A stretch of DNA of 63,993 bases, counting the filler, from Diploschistes diacapsis (lineage: Eukaryota), in assembly GCA_023645945.1 (NCBI GenBank). It is 4 parts of 4 records of this genome, joined end to end, with 100 filler letters (N's around TTAATTAATTAA, not from the genome) between each part and the next. Parts side by side here need not be neighbours in the genome. Positions count along the whole stretch, not along the records: positions 1 to 15,954 come from JALAIB010000530.1; positions 16,055 to 31,992 come from JALAIB010000531.1; 2 more parts are not named here. One strand, given 5' to 3'. The notes beneath the pieces were generated by a model, which worked only from the letters and a program-made list of their open reading frames with translations, ran no database searches and was not told where the DNA came from. Every line of letters starts with the position of its first letter. The first letter of the stretch is position 1. The translations under genes and the position numbers were made by a program. Shown one piece after another: positions 11,614 to 22,852 of this stretch.

Positions 11614-13137
11614 TCAATCTTTGATGCCTGCTTTGAGCTCATCCAGCTGCGAAGACAGTTGCTCGAGCTTGACTTTGAACTTTCCACGGACCTGCTTCAG
11701 TTGCGCTATCTTCTCCCTCGCACGGTTCTCTTCCGCCCGAGCCTTCTTGGTCGGCCTCTCGCTCCGCAGCGAATGCTCATTGTCAGTTTGATCTTCATGA
11801 AGTTTTCTCTTCCTAGCTTCACGTAAAGGTTCCAATCCAGGAATGGTTATCCATCCAGCAGGATCTTTCTTCGATGATCCATGAAGGTCCATTTTCGACG
11901 ATACAGAAGAGTCTCTTTTGGACGACCTAAGATCCCTTTTCGGTGATTCTTTGGGAGAAGTGTCTGCGTCATGATCGAGAACAATAGGATGATCTGCTCT
12001 GTTTAGCTTTACACAATCTAAAGGGTATGGAATTAACTTTCGAGCCCGCCGTACTAAAGCGTTTACTCTTGGAAGGGACACACCTTGGCGGAGTCGGCTT
12101 TGCAGCTTTGCTCCTGTTCCGTCCCTGCAACGGAGACTGGCTTTCAGACACATATGGCCCAGATTGCGGGAAAGATCCTCCAATCCGATAAGCCTCCTGC
12201 GGAGCCGTCAACCACGGATGTACCGGCCCTGCCAGTCGAGGCCTCACATCGTCAGCACACTCCAAGTTCGATAAACCTTTCGAGGGCTGATTCTTATACT
12301 CCAATTGCCTACCGAGCTTCTCCACGACAGTTTTATCATGCAATGACCCGACCGCTGCGCCCGGATTCCCATCTCTCGCAGCAAATGCTGCTGCTGAGCG
12401 TAAAGCAAGGAGCGCGGCCTCTTCGGATGATGGGGCAGGAGATCCACTAGACTGTCCTGCGGATGTGTTGACAGAGGTGCAGGCTTTTTCTAATGCGGGG
12501 CTCCGTCGGGCGTAGTCCACAAGCTTTTCTGGAAAGCAATAGTTCCTCGAGTTGTGAATTCTCAGGTTCAGTCCGCTGCGTCTCTTCCCTTGGGGATTCA
12601 AGCAGTTGTTCAGGCGCTTCAGAGGTGAATTCGACCGTGTTGTGCTCAGATCTTCCATGCTCTGTTGTTGCCGCTGCTAGGGCAGTAATAGTTCCGAGCA
12701 TCTTATCAGAGGTTTGAGCTGGCGGTAGTGATTCTTGTCCGCCATCTCGCTTGTAACCGGCTTCCGTTTCGAATGACGTGGATGCTAAGGAGTTAGGCGC
12801 AGAATCAGCGACCATTCGACGGCCATTCTTGACGATATCTGCCATCGATGCCCTTGCGGATGAGAAAAGAGCTTCTTCTGGCCGTTTCCCTTTCGGGGAT
12901 CTCTGCTTGTTCGCTGAAAGTCTTTGGAATATCGACATCAGTCCAGGGAGATGTGCCCCAAGGTCGGGCTAGTATTTCGTCAAACATTTGCGCTACCGCC
13001 AAAGAATTCTCGAGAAGACGCTGGAACCAGTCGTCGAGTTTCGGTATCGGGCTAAGGTCGAGGAAAGCCGAGTCCTGGCTCGGCAGATTTCGCAGGTGTT
13101 TATCGTAAAGATAGAAGAAAAGGCAATGGAAAGACAA
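11614..13137 (-). pseudogene. Frameshifted or multi-exon low-complexity protein with a C-terminal coiled coil and basic NLS-like segment
   Basis: Overlapping ORFs in successive frames (12805-13137, 12447-12938, 11969-12658, 11614-12183). Ends REARKRKLHED...KIAQLKQVRGKFKVKLEQLSSQLDELK. Plausible intron acceptor GCTAAACAG near 12000. Confidence 0.4.
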
Positions 13138-13929
13138 TAGATAGAGAAAGGCGAGCAGGAAAAGAGAGATGAGACGAAGACGGAGAAAGTAATACGAAAA
13201 GAATGAAAGGAAGAGGGATAGAACGAGATTCTTATATATATCGGCGTATTCAATGCTGGCTATGTATTTAATTCCTTAACCAACTGATCCGTGGTCTGTT
13301 ATCTTTTTGTTATTTGACGGCGTCGCATCTAAGGCAGATTCGTTGGAAACCGTTGTATTGTTGGTCGGAGTTTTAGGCTAAAGTAAGCCAGAAGTTTCGG
13401 CTGTATGAATTTGGGTGCTTTGTATAGGCATGGGCCCGGTCCTGCTGGAGTAGAAGACGAGCCTTCGATTGAACAAGTTGCTGAAGGGAACGCACGACTT
13501 TGAGAAAGGGCTGCCCAGTATCCAATCGCGGTAATCGAAAGCTGCTGATATCCATGCCCAAGATACCTTGAACCCTCTGCCACGCCTGCATAGCTCTTAG
13601 CTGGATGCAGTTGGATACCCTTTCCGGACCGGGTGTAGTCCTTCTGGTGTGACAGACAAGCCTTCAATTAGATAGGTTACCAAAGATGTCGCACGGTCGA
13701 GGAAAAAGCAGTCCAGCCTCCGATCGCGATACCCCAAACGCCGGCATCATCCAAGGTACTTCAAGACGCTTCCGTCACGGCTGATAGCAAAACAGTCCCT
13801 TACAGTCCAAGCACAATCTGTAAGGGGCTTCATATATACGCTCGAAAACCACGAGCATCCATCTTGGCGGTGTTAGAATTAATTTGATGAGGCCTAGTGA
13901 CAACGACGTCAAAATCCCCTAACAGAGGC

Positions 13930-15030
13930 GGCGTGGCTGCCAGATGTGTTACACCATCTTAGAAAAGCCTCCGCCACTTCAGCATCTGCCTTGCTGGATT
14001 TGTTCGATATTCGAAGCCCTAATAGCTACTTTTGCCCCAGATTCTGTCATGGGCGTATCAAACATGTTTCGATCATATCCGTATAAGTCCTTCACAAGTC
14101 CTTCAGAGAGTCCTCTAGCGATTGGATAGTATAATATCCATCTGAGAGAAAGACCGCATGTATTGGCGACAACGGCCCAGAAACCTAGTTCCGTATAGGG
14201 CTTCCGGAAGAACCTTTTCGTCATGGCCCTGAACTGCTCGATAGACCACGAGACCGATCAACGTTGAAGAAAAGAGCGATTGCAATTAGCCCTCCTATCG
14301 AAAGTCAGCCACTACAGATCTGGTACCACAAGTGTCGTACCAGAGCTTGTTCCGCCCACAAAATCAAAAAGGTCTTGGATTGCGCAAGTCTGGCCTAGGA
14401 GCCTCTGCACTATATTGAGAAATTCAAGAGGTACGATACCCCTGGTCCCACCGCCATCAATGCTCAGGATTGATACTCCAGCCGTCGCGGGCTTCAACCG
14501 CATAGTAAGCCTACCAGACGAGCCAAGGACACAATACTTCACCTCAAACACATCCTCCTAAGCGGGTACTTCAATTCCATAATCCGGACGCATACATCTC
14601 AGATTAAGTGCCCATAAGTAAGGACGTGTTGCGGTTTCTGGGAAAGAGAAACATGATACATTTAATTGATTTTGACGATAGACCCCCAACGATCGTGAAC
14701 TTAAAGAGTTCGCAGGTGAAGCATGTGAACAGGCTTGGCTTCAAGAGACGCAGATAGCCGTTGACCTGTCGGCAACGCGCTGGCAGCGCCATAAGGGGAG
14801 ATTTGCGTCTTGCTCCGCATGCACAGTATGTAGTGGACCAAGGCAATAAGGTTGATAAAGCTTTTCGCCAACCTCCCTCATAGGTGTGAATCCTGGCATA
14901 GGTTAGTTGGTGCAAACAAATGCGAGTAGTAAGGCTAAGGTCAATCAGATACTTTACGATATATCCCTGGAGAGTAAAGCATCTAGAATTATAGCAGACG
15001 CAACGAAGAAGCAACCACATCATGAGCAAG
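13930..15030 (-). pseudogene. Patatin-like phospholipase (PNPLA) pseudogene with an upstream degenerate Cys-rich Zn motif
   Basis: RLKPATAGVSILSIDGGGTRGIVPLEFL...QDLFDFVGGTSSG gives the DGGG and GxSxG motifs (14312-14551). The next exon GLIAIALFLQR*SVSWSIEQF has a nonsense TGA at 14260-14258. Upstream relics are KPQHVLTYGHLI*DVCVRI and frameshifted VAS.VASAIILDA.YSPGI; downstream is LVKDLYGYDRNMFD...SGAKVAI. Confidence 0.85.
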
Positions 15031-15091
15031 CAAAGAAAACCAGATCACGTGATCTACAAAACGGATGATTAAGCCCACGTTAACAGGGATA

Positions 15092-15273
15092 ACGTGATTC
15101 ACCACGAAACGGAACACTACATATAATGTAATCAAAAAAAGGCCGAAGAACGGGGTAGTGTAGTTGAGAACAGATTTAGCTTCGCACAAATATGGAAGCG
15201 CTCGATCTAGCGCAATTACATTATAATGTAGTGTTCCGCTTCGTGGGGTGTTCCGTTTCGTGGTGAAACACGT
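15092..15273. mobile_element. MITE (non-autonomous pogo/Fot1-type, Tc1-mariner superfamily), copy 1
   Basis: Starts ACGTGATTCACCACGAAACGG and ends CCGTTTCGTGGTGAAACACGT. Flanked by TA (15090-15091, 15274-15275). 182 bp, non-coding, near-identical to 22324-22522. Confidence 0.9.
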
Positions 15274-15399
15274 TAAGGCACATTCTATCTTAACGAAACG
15301 GACGTTGAGCACAGTTCAGACGAAAAACTGTCGTTTCTACCGATGGCTGTCGCAAAAGAAGGCTTCATAAAGGAGCGGGCGTATCACCTCGTCCTGTCA

Positions 15400-15740
15400 A
15401 ACTCAGGCAACTGCCCTGCGAGCCTTCCTCGCGCACCTGGACATCTTTTTTTCTGGGCTAGGCTTGGAAACCTTCGAGGATTGGATCTGACGGAGCGGTA
15501 ACCGTTGTTTAGCTGATTTGTTCTTGTCCAAGTTATCTGATTTCCTTATTTCTAATCTCTCCCGCGCTGATTCCAGATCTTCCTCCGTTTATCTAACCAG
15601 ACGAGCTCTCTCAGCAACTTCTATCGATTCGTTCGCCTTAAATTTCCCCTGCTCCTCTGTGCCTTTTTCATCTCCTGCTTTCCCTCCTCTCTTCACCGAC
15701 TCGTATGCACAACGCCCTCATAACCAAAGCCGATAAAAAT
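15400..15740 (-). pseudogene. Relic of a charged coiled-coil protein
   Basis: Minus-strand frame reads KANESIEVAERARLVR*TEEDLESARERLEIRK...LRQIQSSKVSKP with internal stops. Confidence 0.3.
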
Positions 15741-15858
15741 CCCCTTCCTTCCAGTACGGGGATTAAAACAGCCTGGAGACCGCTTTTCGCATGCATGCCC
15801 GCTCATGACCGAACTCGCCAACCCAAATAACAAAATTCCGTCCAGGTTTTGCTCACAT

Positions 15859-15862
<4 letters not shown>

Positions 15863-15890
<28 letters not shown>
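15863..15890 (+). repeat. Poly-A tract (28 nt) near the contig end
   Basis: Read directly from the sequence. Confidence 0.95.
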
Positions 15891-15893
<3 letters not shown>

Positions 15894-15954
15894 TAAATAG
15901 CGCCTTTTCGAGTCCCTGGTTTTTAGGGTGATGTGGTGGCGCGGCTTACCTATG

Positions 15955-16054
15955 NNNNNNNNNNNNNNNNNNNNNNNNNNNNNNNNNNNNNNNNNNNNTT
16001 AATTAATTAANNNNNNNNNNNNNNNNNNNNNNNNNNNNNNNNNNNNNNNNNNNN
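15955..16054. other. Artificial contig spacer 1 (N44-TTAATTAATTAA-N44)
   Basis: Exactly 100 nt with a six-frame stop linker, identical to the two other spacers. Confidence 0.99.
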
Positions 16055-17691
16055 TCTTCGCCCCCGCCAACACAATCGGTACCCCAGTACCAGGGTGCGT
16101 ACTAGCCCCGACAAACCACAGCCCCTCCCACTCCGAACTCTTCATCTGCGGCCTGAAGCAAAGCACGTTAAAGAAATCATGGCTCAGCCCCAAAATGGCG
16201 CCGCGGTCGAGGTTGAATTTGGCGCGCCAGGAGAGCGGGTCGTTGAGCGATTCGTGGATGATGTGCGGCGCCAGGTCGATGCCTAGCCGAGTGTTGAGGA
16301 CAGAGATGATGGAGGAGCGGGCGCTGGCGATGACGTGCGGGAGATCGGAGGCGGGGATGCCTTTAGCGTCCGTGGGGTTCGTGACGGGAGAAGCAGAGGA
16401 AGGAGTGGGGGAGGAGGACCATTCCGGCGGCAGGTGTCCGCAGGGGAGGAGGATGACGAGCGCGTCTTTGCCGGCGGGCGCGGCGCTGGGGTCCAGCCGG
16501 GTGGGGACGTTGACGTAGAAGGAAGGGTCCGGGGGCAGACGGTGGTGCTTGAAGATGTCGTCGAAAGATTCGCGATAGTGTTCTGCGAGGAAGATGTTGT
16601 GGGCGGAGAGCTGGGGGATGGTGGTATCGAGGGCCCAGTAGAAGGATATGGAGGAACAGGAGGTTGGGCGCGAGCCGAGGGATTTAGAGGTTGATGTGGG
16701 CGGGAGGAGGGCGTTGTGGGCGTATATGAGGTCGGCATTAATAATGACCACGTCGGCGGAGAGGGATTCGCCGGACTCGAGGGTTACGCCTGTTGCGCGG
16801 CGGGTGGAGGGAGAGGTGGTGATTGAGGCAACGGGGGCGGAGAGGCGGTATGTAACGCCGAGCCTCTCGCCGACGCGGACGAGGGCGTCGAGAATGGCGT
16901 GGAAGCCGCCTATGGGATACCAGATCCCTTCCGCGAGCTCGGTGTATTGCAGTAGGGAATACGTGCCTGGAGCATCGAAGGGGGACATGCCCATGTACAT
17001 GCTCCCAAATGTGAATGCTCTCCGCAGACGCTCCGTCTTGAAGTAAACCGACGCTCGCGTCCAGATACTCTCAAAGGGATGCAGTGCCAGCAACACACGT
17101 AGGACAGAGGGCCGGAGCAGGGAGAGAAAGGAAGGGAAAGTCTTGCGTAGGACATGCTCGACGCTGTATTCGTAATGGCGGTGCGCTTCGGAGAGGAAGG
17201 AGAGGTACCGCTCGAAACCGGGCTTGCCTTCCCAGTGCTCGATGGTGGACTTCATCTGTGCGGTGTCGGTCGAGAGGGAGAGGGTCTCGCCGTCATGAAA
17301 GAATAATTGGTAGTTTGGTTCCGATTTTACGAGCGTGACACCCTCGGCGGAGAGTGAGGTGTCGAGGTCAGCAAATGTTTCGTGGAACATGCCTGGGAGG
17401 AGGAGGAGTGACGGGCCCTGGTCGAAGCGCTAGCGAGAGCATATCAGTACCAACACGGTGCGTTGGAGAAGGAGCTGCGAACGTAGCCATCTTTGTGAAT
17501 GAGCGAGCAGCGGCCTCCAGTGAACGAGTTCTTTTCAACCACAGTGACTTTGTAGCCGGATTTTGCTAACCGAGCTGCTGTTACTATTCCGCCCGCTCCT
17601 GCTCCTAGGAAGGTATTAGCACGGAGACTTAATTCGAGTATACTGAGGCCTTACCAACGACAATGGCAGTCTTTCGTTTCATCTCTCTCAT
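16055..17691 (-). CDS. carB: Phytoene desaturase (CrtI-type, Al-1/CarB), 3' end cut by the contig break
   Basis: ATG 17691 gives MREMKRKTAIVVGAGAGG (FAD motif). Introns 17654-17605 and 17482-17430. Motifs RFDQGPSLLL, MYMGMSPFDAPGTYSLLQYTELAEGIWYP, FYVNVP and FVGASTHPGTGVPIVLAGAK. Confidence 0.97.
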
Positions 17692-18015
17692 GGTATCAAG
17701 AACACATTAGGATTACTTGTATATATATAAGAAAAACCTAACATAAATTTAATGGGAAGAAAAGCCGTAGCACATAATGTAATAAATTGAATCTAAGTAT
17801 ATATTTTGCCTTCGGTCGCATGGAAAATGGTAGACATCACCAATATTACAATGTCTGTGCTGGGCCCTCGAAAACTTTCACGGTGTTTCTCAAAATACGG
17901 TACGGTAGGTAAAACACCAGGAAGACGTTGTAACACCTACAAATATCTCCAGAAATGGCCGAAGCAACTACAATTCCAATGTTAAGATTATAGACTAACA
18001 GTAGGGGTATCTCAG

Positions 18016-19917
18016 CTATGTACACAAGGCTTTCCAAGCTACACGTATCCTCCTCAGCTTCGGCACAGTCGCCCTTCCAGCCTTTACGCGATAGCCAGGC
18101 TCACGAAGCACGCGTCCGATCTCCATGTAACTCTCTACAGCCACTCGCATCGGCCTTCTGGCTTCTGGTGGAAGCATCTCAATCTTGGGCATCGCCGTTC
18201 GGTAGAGTGCCTCGGCATAGTCCAGCAAGCGCTCCCTTAAAGCGAAGACCTCAGGCCTTTGAGGGTCCTTGATGATGTCATCCGGTTCCAGTCCAGCTTC
18301 TTTGAGCCACGAGGAGGGAATATAGACCCTTCCAATGGTCGCATCGGCTGCAATATCGCGCGCAATGTTCACGATCTGCAGAGCGATACCCATGATCCGG
18401 CCTGCCTTGAAGACCTGTTGCTTCGAACTTTCCTCGACCAAAGAAGGGGAATGATGATACACCAATTGGATGATCAATTCTGCCACGGTTCCCGCGACAC
18501 GCTCGGCGTACTTTGTGAGGACCTTTTCATCCTTGATGGGAAATGAGTTTGATGGAAAGTTAAGATCCATATCAAACCCCTGGAGTAGTTCGTAGAAAGG
18601 TTCCGAGGGCAAGTAAGTGGTTGGGAGGAACTCTAGTGCTGGCCGCGACGCTTGCGGAATCATATTCAGTAGAACATCCCTATCTGGTGAATCCTCCTTT
18701 TCAATATAATTCTGATATTTCCAATCCAAGAAAGACTTTAGAAGGCTGATCGAGCGCCGTGCTTCCTGCACGCTCGAAGCATCATCCACAAGATCATCCG
18801 CGACGCGACAAAACGAGTAAAGAAGAATCAGGTCGTGGCGCAGACGCCCTTGAAAGACACCGCTCGCCAGATAGAAGCTCCGACTCTTCCTGCGAAGACG
18901 AACGATTGCATCTCGGAAAGCTTCTAGACGCTGGTCATCGTAGATTGTCGTTGGTATAAGAAGAGCATGGACAAGCATCTTTGGCGGTGGAGCTGAGATG
19001 GTGCTTTGGAACAGCTTGGGAAAAGTGTAGATAATGGCCAAGGCATTGTCGAAAGCGATCAGCCCGAAGACGATCAAGACGTTTGTCACCAGGAAGAAGA
19101 TAGCTTCCCTAAATGCGCCGTTAGTTATGTGACTTCGCATTGATTTAAAGAGGCGTACTCAATCTCGAGACCGTCCCATAGCTGCCAGCTAAGCTTTGTT
19201 CCCTTTTCAATAACCCAAGTACCCCGACGCAGCGCAAGCGTATCCACAAGCCATAGATAGAGAGTTGGGAGAGCGATTGGCAGCATGGTATTGCCAAGTG
19301 GCAGTCCAACAATGAACTGGTATGCAAGCGACCAGAGGAGTAGGATGAACGGACCCGCCCATACCACGATCAAACCCAAATAGAAGCCCTCACTGCCTTC
19401 GTACACCAGTTTTGCTCCCCCAACAATTGCCGCAAAAATAGCGCTGGCTACCCAATTCTTCCAGCCGAGTAAGCCATCCTCGTCATGGGCGCGGATATAT
19501 ATTGGATAAAAGGTTGGCTTGCTGATGATCAGGTAGAGCAACGAGGTATTGTAGGTCTGGATAACGAAGAAGAAAAGCTCCTCTGCCGGAATGGCGAACA
19601 AGGTCGGTCCAACAATGGCGTCTGGGGGGTATGACCAGACATTGCTGTGTATCAAGTACGAGTCCCAGGGAATAGTCGCTGTGACAGCTATCTAGGAGAC
19701 TTAGGCTTTTCCTACAATAGGGCAGAACCCGTCGCGCACTCACAATGATGAGAAATAGAACTTTGTAGATATCGATTCGGTTGAACAAAGGCCAGTACAG
19801 CGCCGTCAGAGCTACCGCGGGCGGGATCGTGTAGTACAAGTGGCTGCCAACGCTGTAAGCTTTTCCACCACGTACTGTCATTGAGAGTACCTACACCAGA
19901 GCATAGTCATAGCCCAT
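18016..19917 (-). CDS. carRA: Bifunctional lycopene cyclase/phytoene synthase (Al-2/CarRA), 4 exons
   Basis: ATG 19917 gives MGYDYALVHLYYTIPP. Introns 19894-19844, 19743-19692 and 19158-19109. Cyclase motifs PWDSYLI and IPAEELFFF; synthase motifs KSRSFYLAS, FCRVADDLVD, VNIARDI and GRATVP. Confidence 0.97.
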
Positions 19918-22852
19918 TTCTCGCGACGCCAAAGATGGAGTATGAAGGGGCAAGAAGGCTCTGGAGCCTCTACAGCTTTTTGCCCAAGCATGAAGCCATG
20001 CACCTGTCGTGATGATTACCACAATCTCACATAGTAGTTCATGACAAGCCTCTGACTCGCCGTCTGTATGGGGCCTCTGTGACCTCTGCCTGTTTGTTGC
20101 TCTGACCTAAGATGTAAGGATTAGCTAATCAATTCATGGTTTAGTTCGTATTTTGTTGCTTAGCGTCTCAACCCGCCAGAATTCCCGTTACATCATTTGA
20201 TATATCCATTAATAGTGTCGTCATTTATTTACGGAGGTTGTTGCCAGTGGGGAGATCCATGTCTACTAACTACTAAAGCCTCATGCAACCTAATTCACAG
20301 TGCGAGTCCAGCTTGGCACGAGGGATAATCGTCTGTAGGACTCCGTCACATGTTCTTTGGGATACAAATTTTTTCCCTTTGCGCCGCATTGGGCTAGCGA
20401 GCATGGCCGCTCTAATAGGGCTCGCCTCAGCTATCCCAGAGCGTTACAGGGCAGTGCAAGGATGATCTTTTAAAACCGACAAGGCACTCACATAGAAACA
20501 TAATTAAATAAACAAGTTTTAGCTGATGAAAGAATCTCTGTAATCTATATAAAATGAAAACTAAAAGTAATTTAAGGTTTTCATTATATTATGAGTTTTG
20601 GGCGACCTCCTTAAACGGAAAAATTAATGGACTGTTTTTTTTAATATTTCTCCATATTAAATGAATCGCGTTCCGTTTCAACAGAAAACTTTAAAAAATT
20701 TTCAACCTTTACTATCAATCGTTTAATCGCACACACCAGAATTGTTTCATTTCAGTTGCTCTGCTTGCCGAGGCTCAAAAGCTATCTTACTATTTTTGTT
20801 GGCCCTATACTTGCTCAATGGAACACGGGACAGCTAGCTTTTCAACATTACCCAGCCTCTAGGGTGCGAAAGCTTTGGAAACCCGATCTATGCCCCATCT
20901 GGGAAAGGGAAGATATTATCCGCCGCGTCCTGATATATGAAGACTTAATGGCGAGGAGGCAATCGATAAAGAGGCTTCGAGGGTCTGATCAATGCAAAAA
21001 AGCTTTTTGATTTTGTCTTCACTCGCAAATCCGCACTTCAGCTTCTACCTGAGCGACTTGACATCAGGCCCCAAGACAAGATCTTTGCAGCGCAAGAGCG
21101 CATCAGTAACCCGGTGCAACATGAGAAAATGGACAACGCAGGCAAGAATATCATAATAATCAAGCTCGATATCCCTCAGCCTGAACCTTCACAAACTGGA
21201 GTGAAACAATCTGCAGTGGCCGAAGAGGGGACCGAACAGAGAAAACGCAAGGAGATGAGGAAGACGGACTGGCGGAGGATGAGACGTTCAGAACCGAAAT
21301 GACTCGACGGACGAGAGCAGTAAGAAGGAAGGTGAAGGAAACCTACGAGCGGAGGGGAGTGGTATGGAAGAACATGAGCAAAGACTGTGAGGTTACAGGG
21401 AAAGTGCACCGGGAGAGGACGCGGAACTGCAAGACACCCCTGATCAGGTCGGAGGGCGGATTATGGCAGGTAGATGAAGATGTCGGTTTTCTTACAACCC
21501 CATTGTAGCGATTGGAGAAAACATTTCCATGCATGGGCATTTGGCAAGACTGGTAGCAATAGCTCGCGAGACAGGCATACTTGCTGGGAGACGTAACATC
21601 GCATCTAATCGCAACAATGTTGAATAATAGATGTATCCATCAATTAACCAGGTCCCCCCAAAGCTCTGTCCTTGTGATTGGGGCATATCCAATGGTGGTG
21701 ATTGGGGGATGTCCTGAAATGGTTCGAATAATGAATGCTGGTAAGTCATCTGAATCAATGGTCGCAAGCGCCCTTTGGCCAGTCAGCCGAGCTGGAGCAC
21801 TCTTCGCGTGATGGGGAGGAACAGTTCGGAGCCAGTTGTGAATGGGCCGCTAGCTCGCTGGTACGCAGTCAGGGTCGTTTTCCTCCACAAAACGTGTGAG
21901 AGAGCCGGCAGACTTTGGTTGCGTTGGGACTATACTTGGTGATGGGATGGTTTTGCCAAGACGATGGTCAGATGTCCATGGTGTTGGGAGCCGATGGCGT
22001 TTGCTTGCAGGTGCGCGTTCAACGTCGCTGTTCTCAAGCTCACGAGGTCTTTCCAGAGACCTCTGAGGCCCTGGACAGTTGCTTTCGAGAGCCATAATGA
22101 GGAGAATGGATGAAGGAGAACTTATGGGTAGAAAGATATGAAAGAAATAAGAAGTTGGATTTTTAACACTTCGACGTCGACAGCGACCGTGATGATGTCG
22201 CTTTGTTTAGTCGCTCAGGTTGAACCTTATAGGGCTGATCTGGGGTATTCAATTAATCCTTCCAGATCAGGCTCAGCCTTGGTAGTGTAGCATCTGTTCC
22301 TGGGCTGACTTTCATCATTAGTAACGTGTTTCACCACGAAACGGCCCACCCTACGAAGCGGCTCACTACATATAATGTAATCAAAAAAAGGCCGAAGAAC
22401 GGGGTAATGTAGTTGAGAATAGATTTAGCTTCGTACAAATATGGAAGCGCTCGATCTAGCGCAATTACATTATAATGTAGTGAGCCGCTTTGTGGTGTGT
22501 TCCGTTGTGTGGTGAAACACGTTAACTAGTTAATGATTATCCTAATTACTAATCTTTTTTCACTGCGGTTTTTTGGATTTTATAACTAATACTAGCATGA
22601 CCCCTGGCCACGCTCAGCGTCGGAGTCATGATGCCGTCATTACAACCTAGCCCATCTGAAAGAAGCAAAAAAGGGGATTGTATTGCCGAGTTTAGGGGTA
22701 ACTTTGTGGTTCTGTGTAGTCGTCATTTTCCAATAGGTGACGAAATTGTTATTTGTTTTCCCTGTAGCTGTATGATAAGACACGCATATGGTATAATCGT
22801 TCAAACTGTCGAAAGTCCCCTTGCGCTCTGTCATGATCGATCAGTCGCATCC
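19918..22852. promoter_or_regulatory. Divergent carRA/carX intergenic (promoter) region, 2.9 kb, interrupted by repeat debris
   Basis: Head-to-head ATGs at 19917 (-) and 22853 (+). Contains an AT-rich island (about 20470-20760), ORF relics (about 21500-22095) and a MITE. Confidence 0.7.
22324..22522. mobile_element. MITE (pogo/Fot1-type), copy 2
   Basis: 199 bp with about 58-bp imperfect TIRs starting ACGTGTTTCACCAC. TA on both sides (22322-22323, 22523-22524). The internal core differs from copy 1 at only three positions. Confidence 0.92.

Noticed and set aside
15945..15954. Terminal CCTATG as the possible start of a reverse-strand 5S rRNA
   Set aside because: Only 6 nt match and the adjacent sequence does not resemble 5S.
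15999..16010. TTAATTAATTAA palindrome repeated three times at about 16-kb spacing
   Set aside because: Synthetic six-frame-stop linker embedded in Ns. ORFs ending in 'XXXLIN' are artefacts.
15092..17691. Apparent linkage of the MITE/patatin island to carB, or two MITEs bracketing carB-carRA as a composite transposon
   Set aside because: A contig spacer lies between them, so there is no evidence of physical adjacency.
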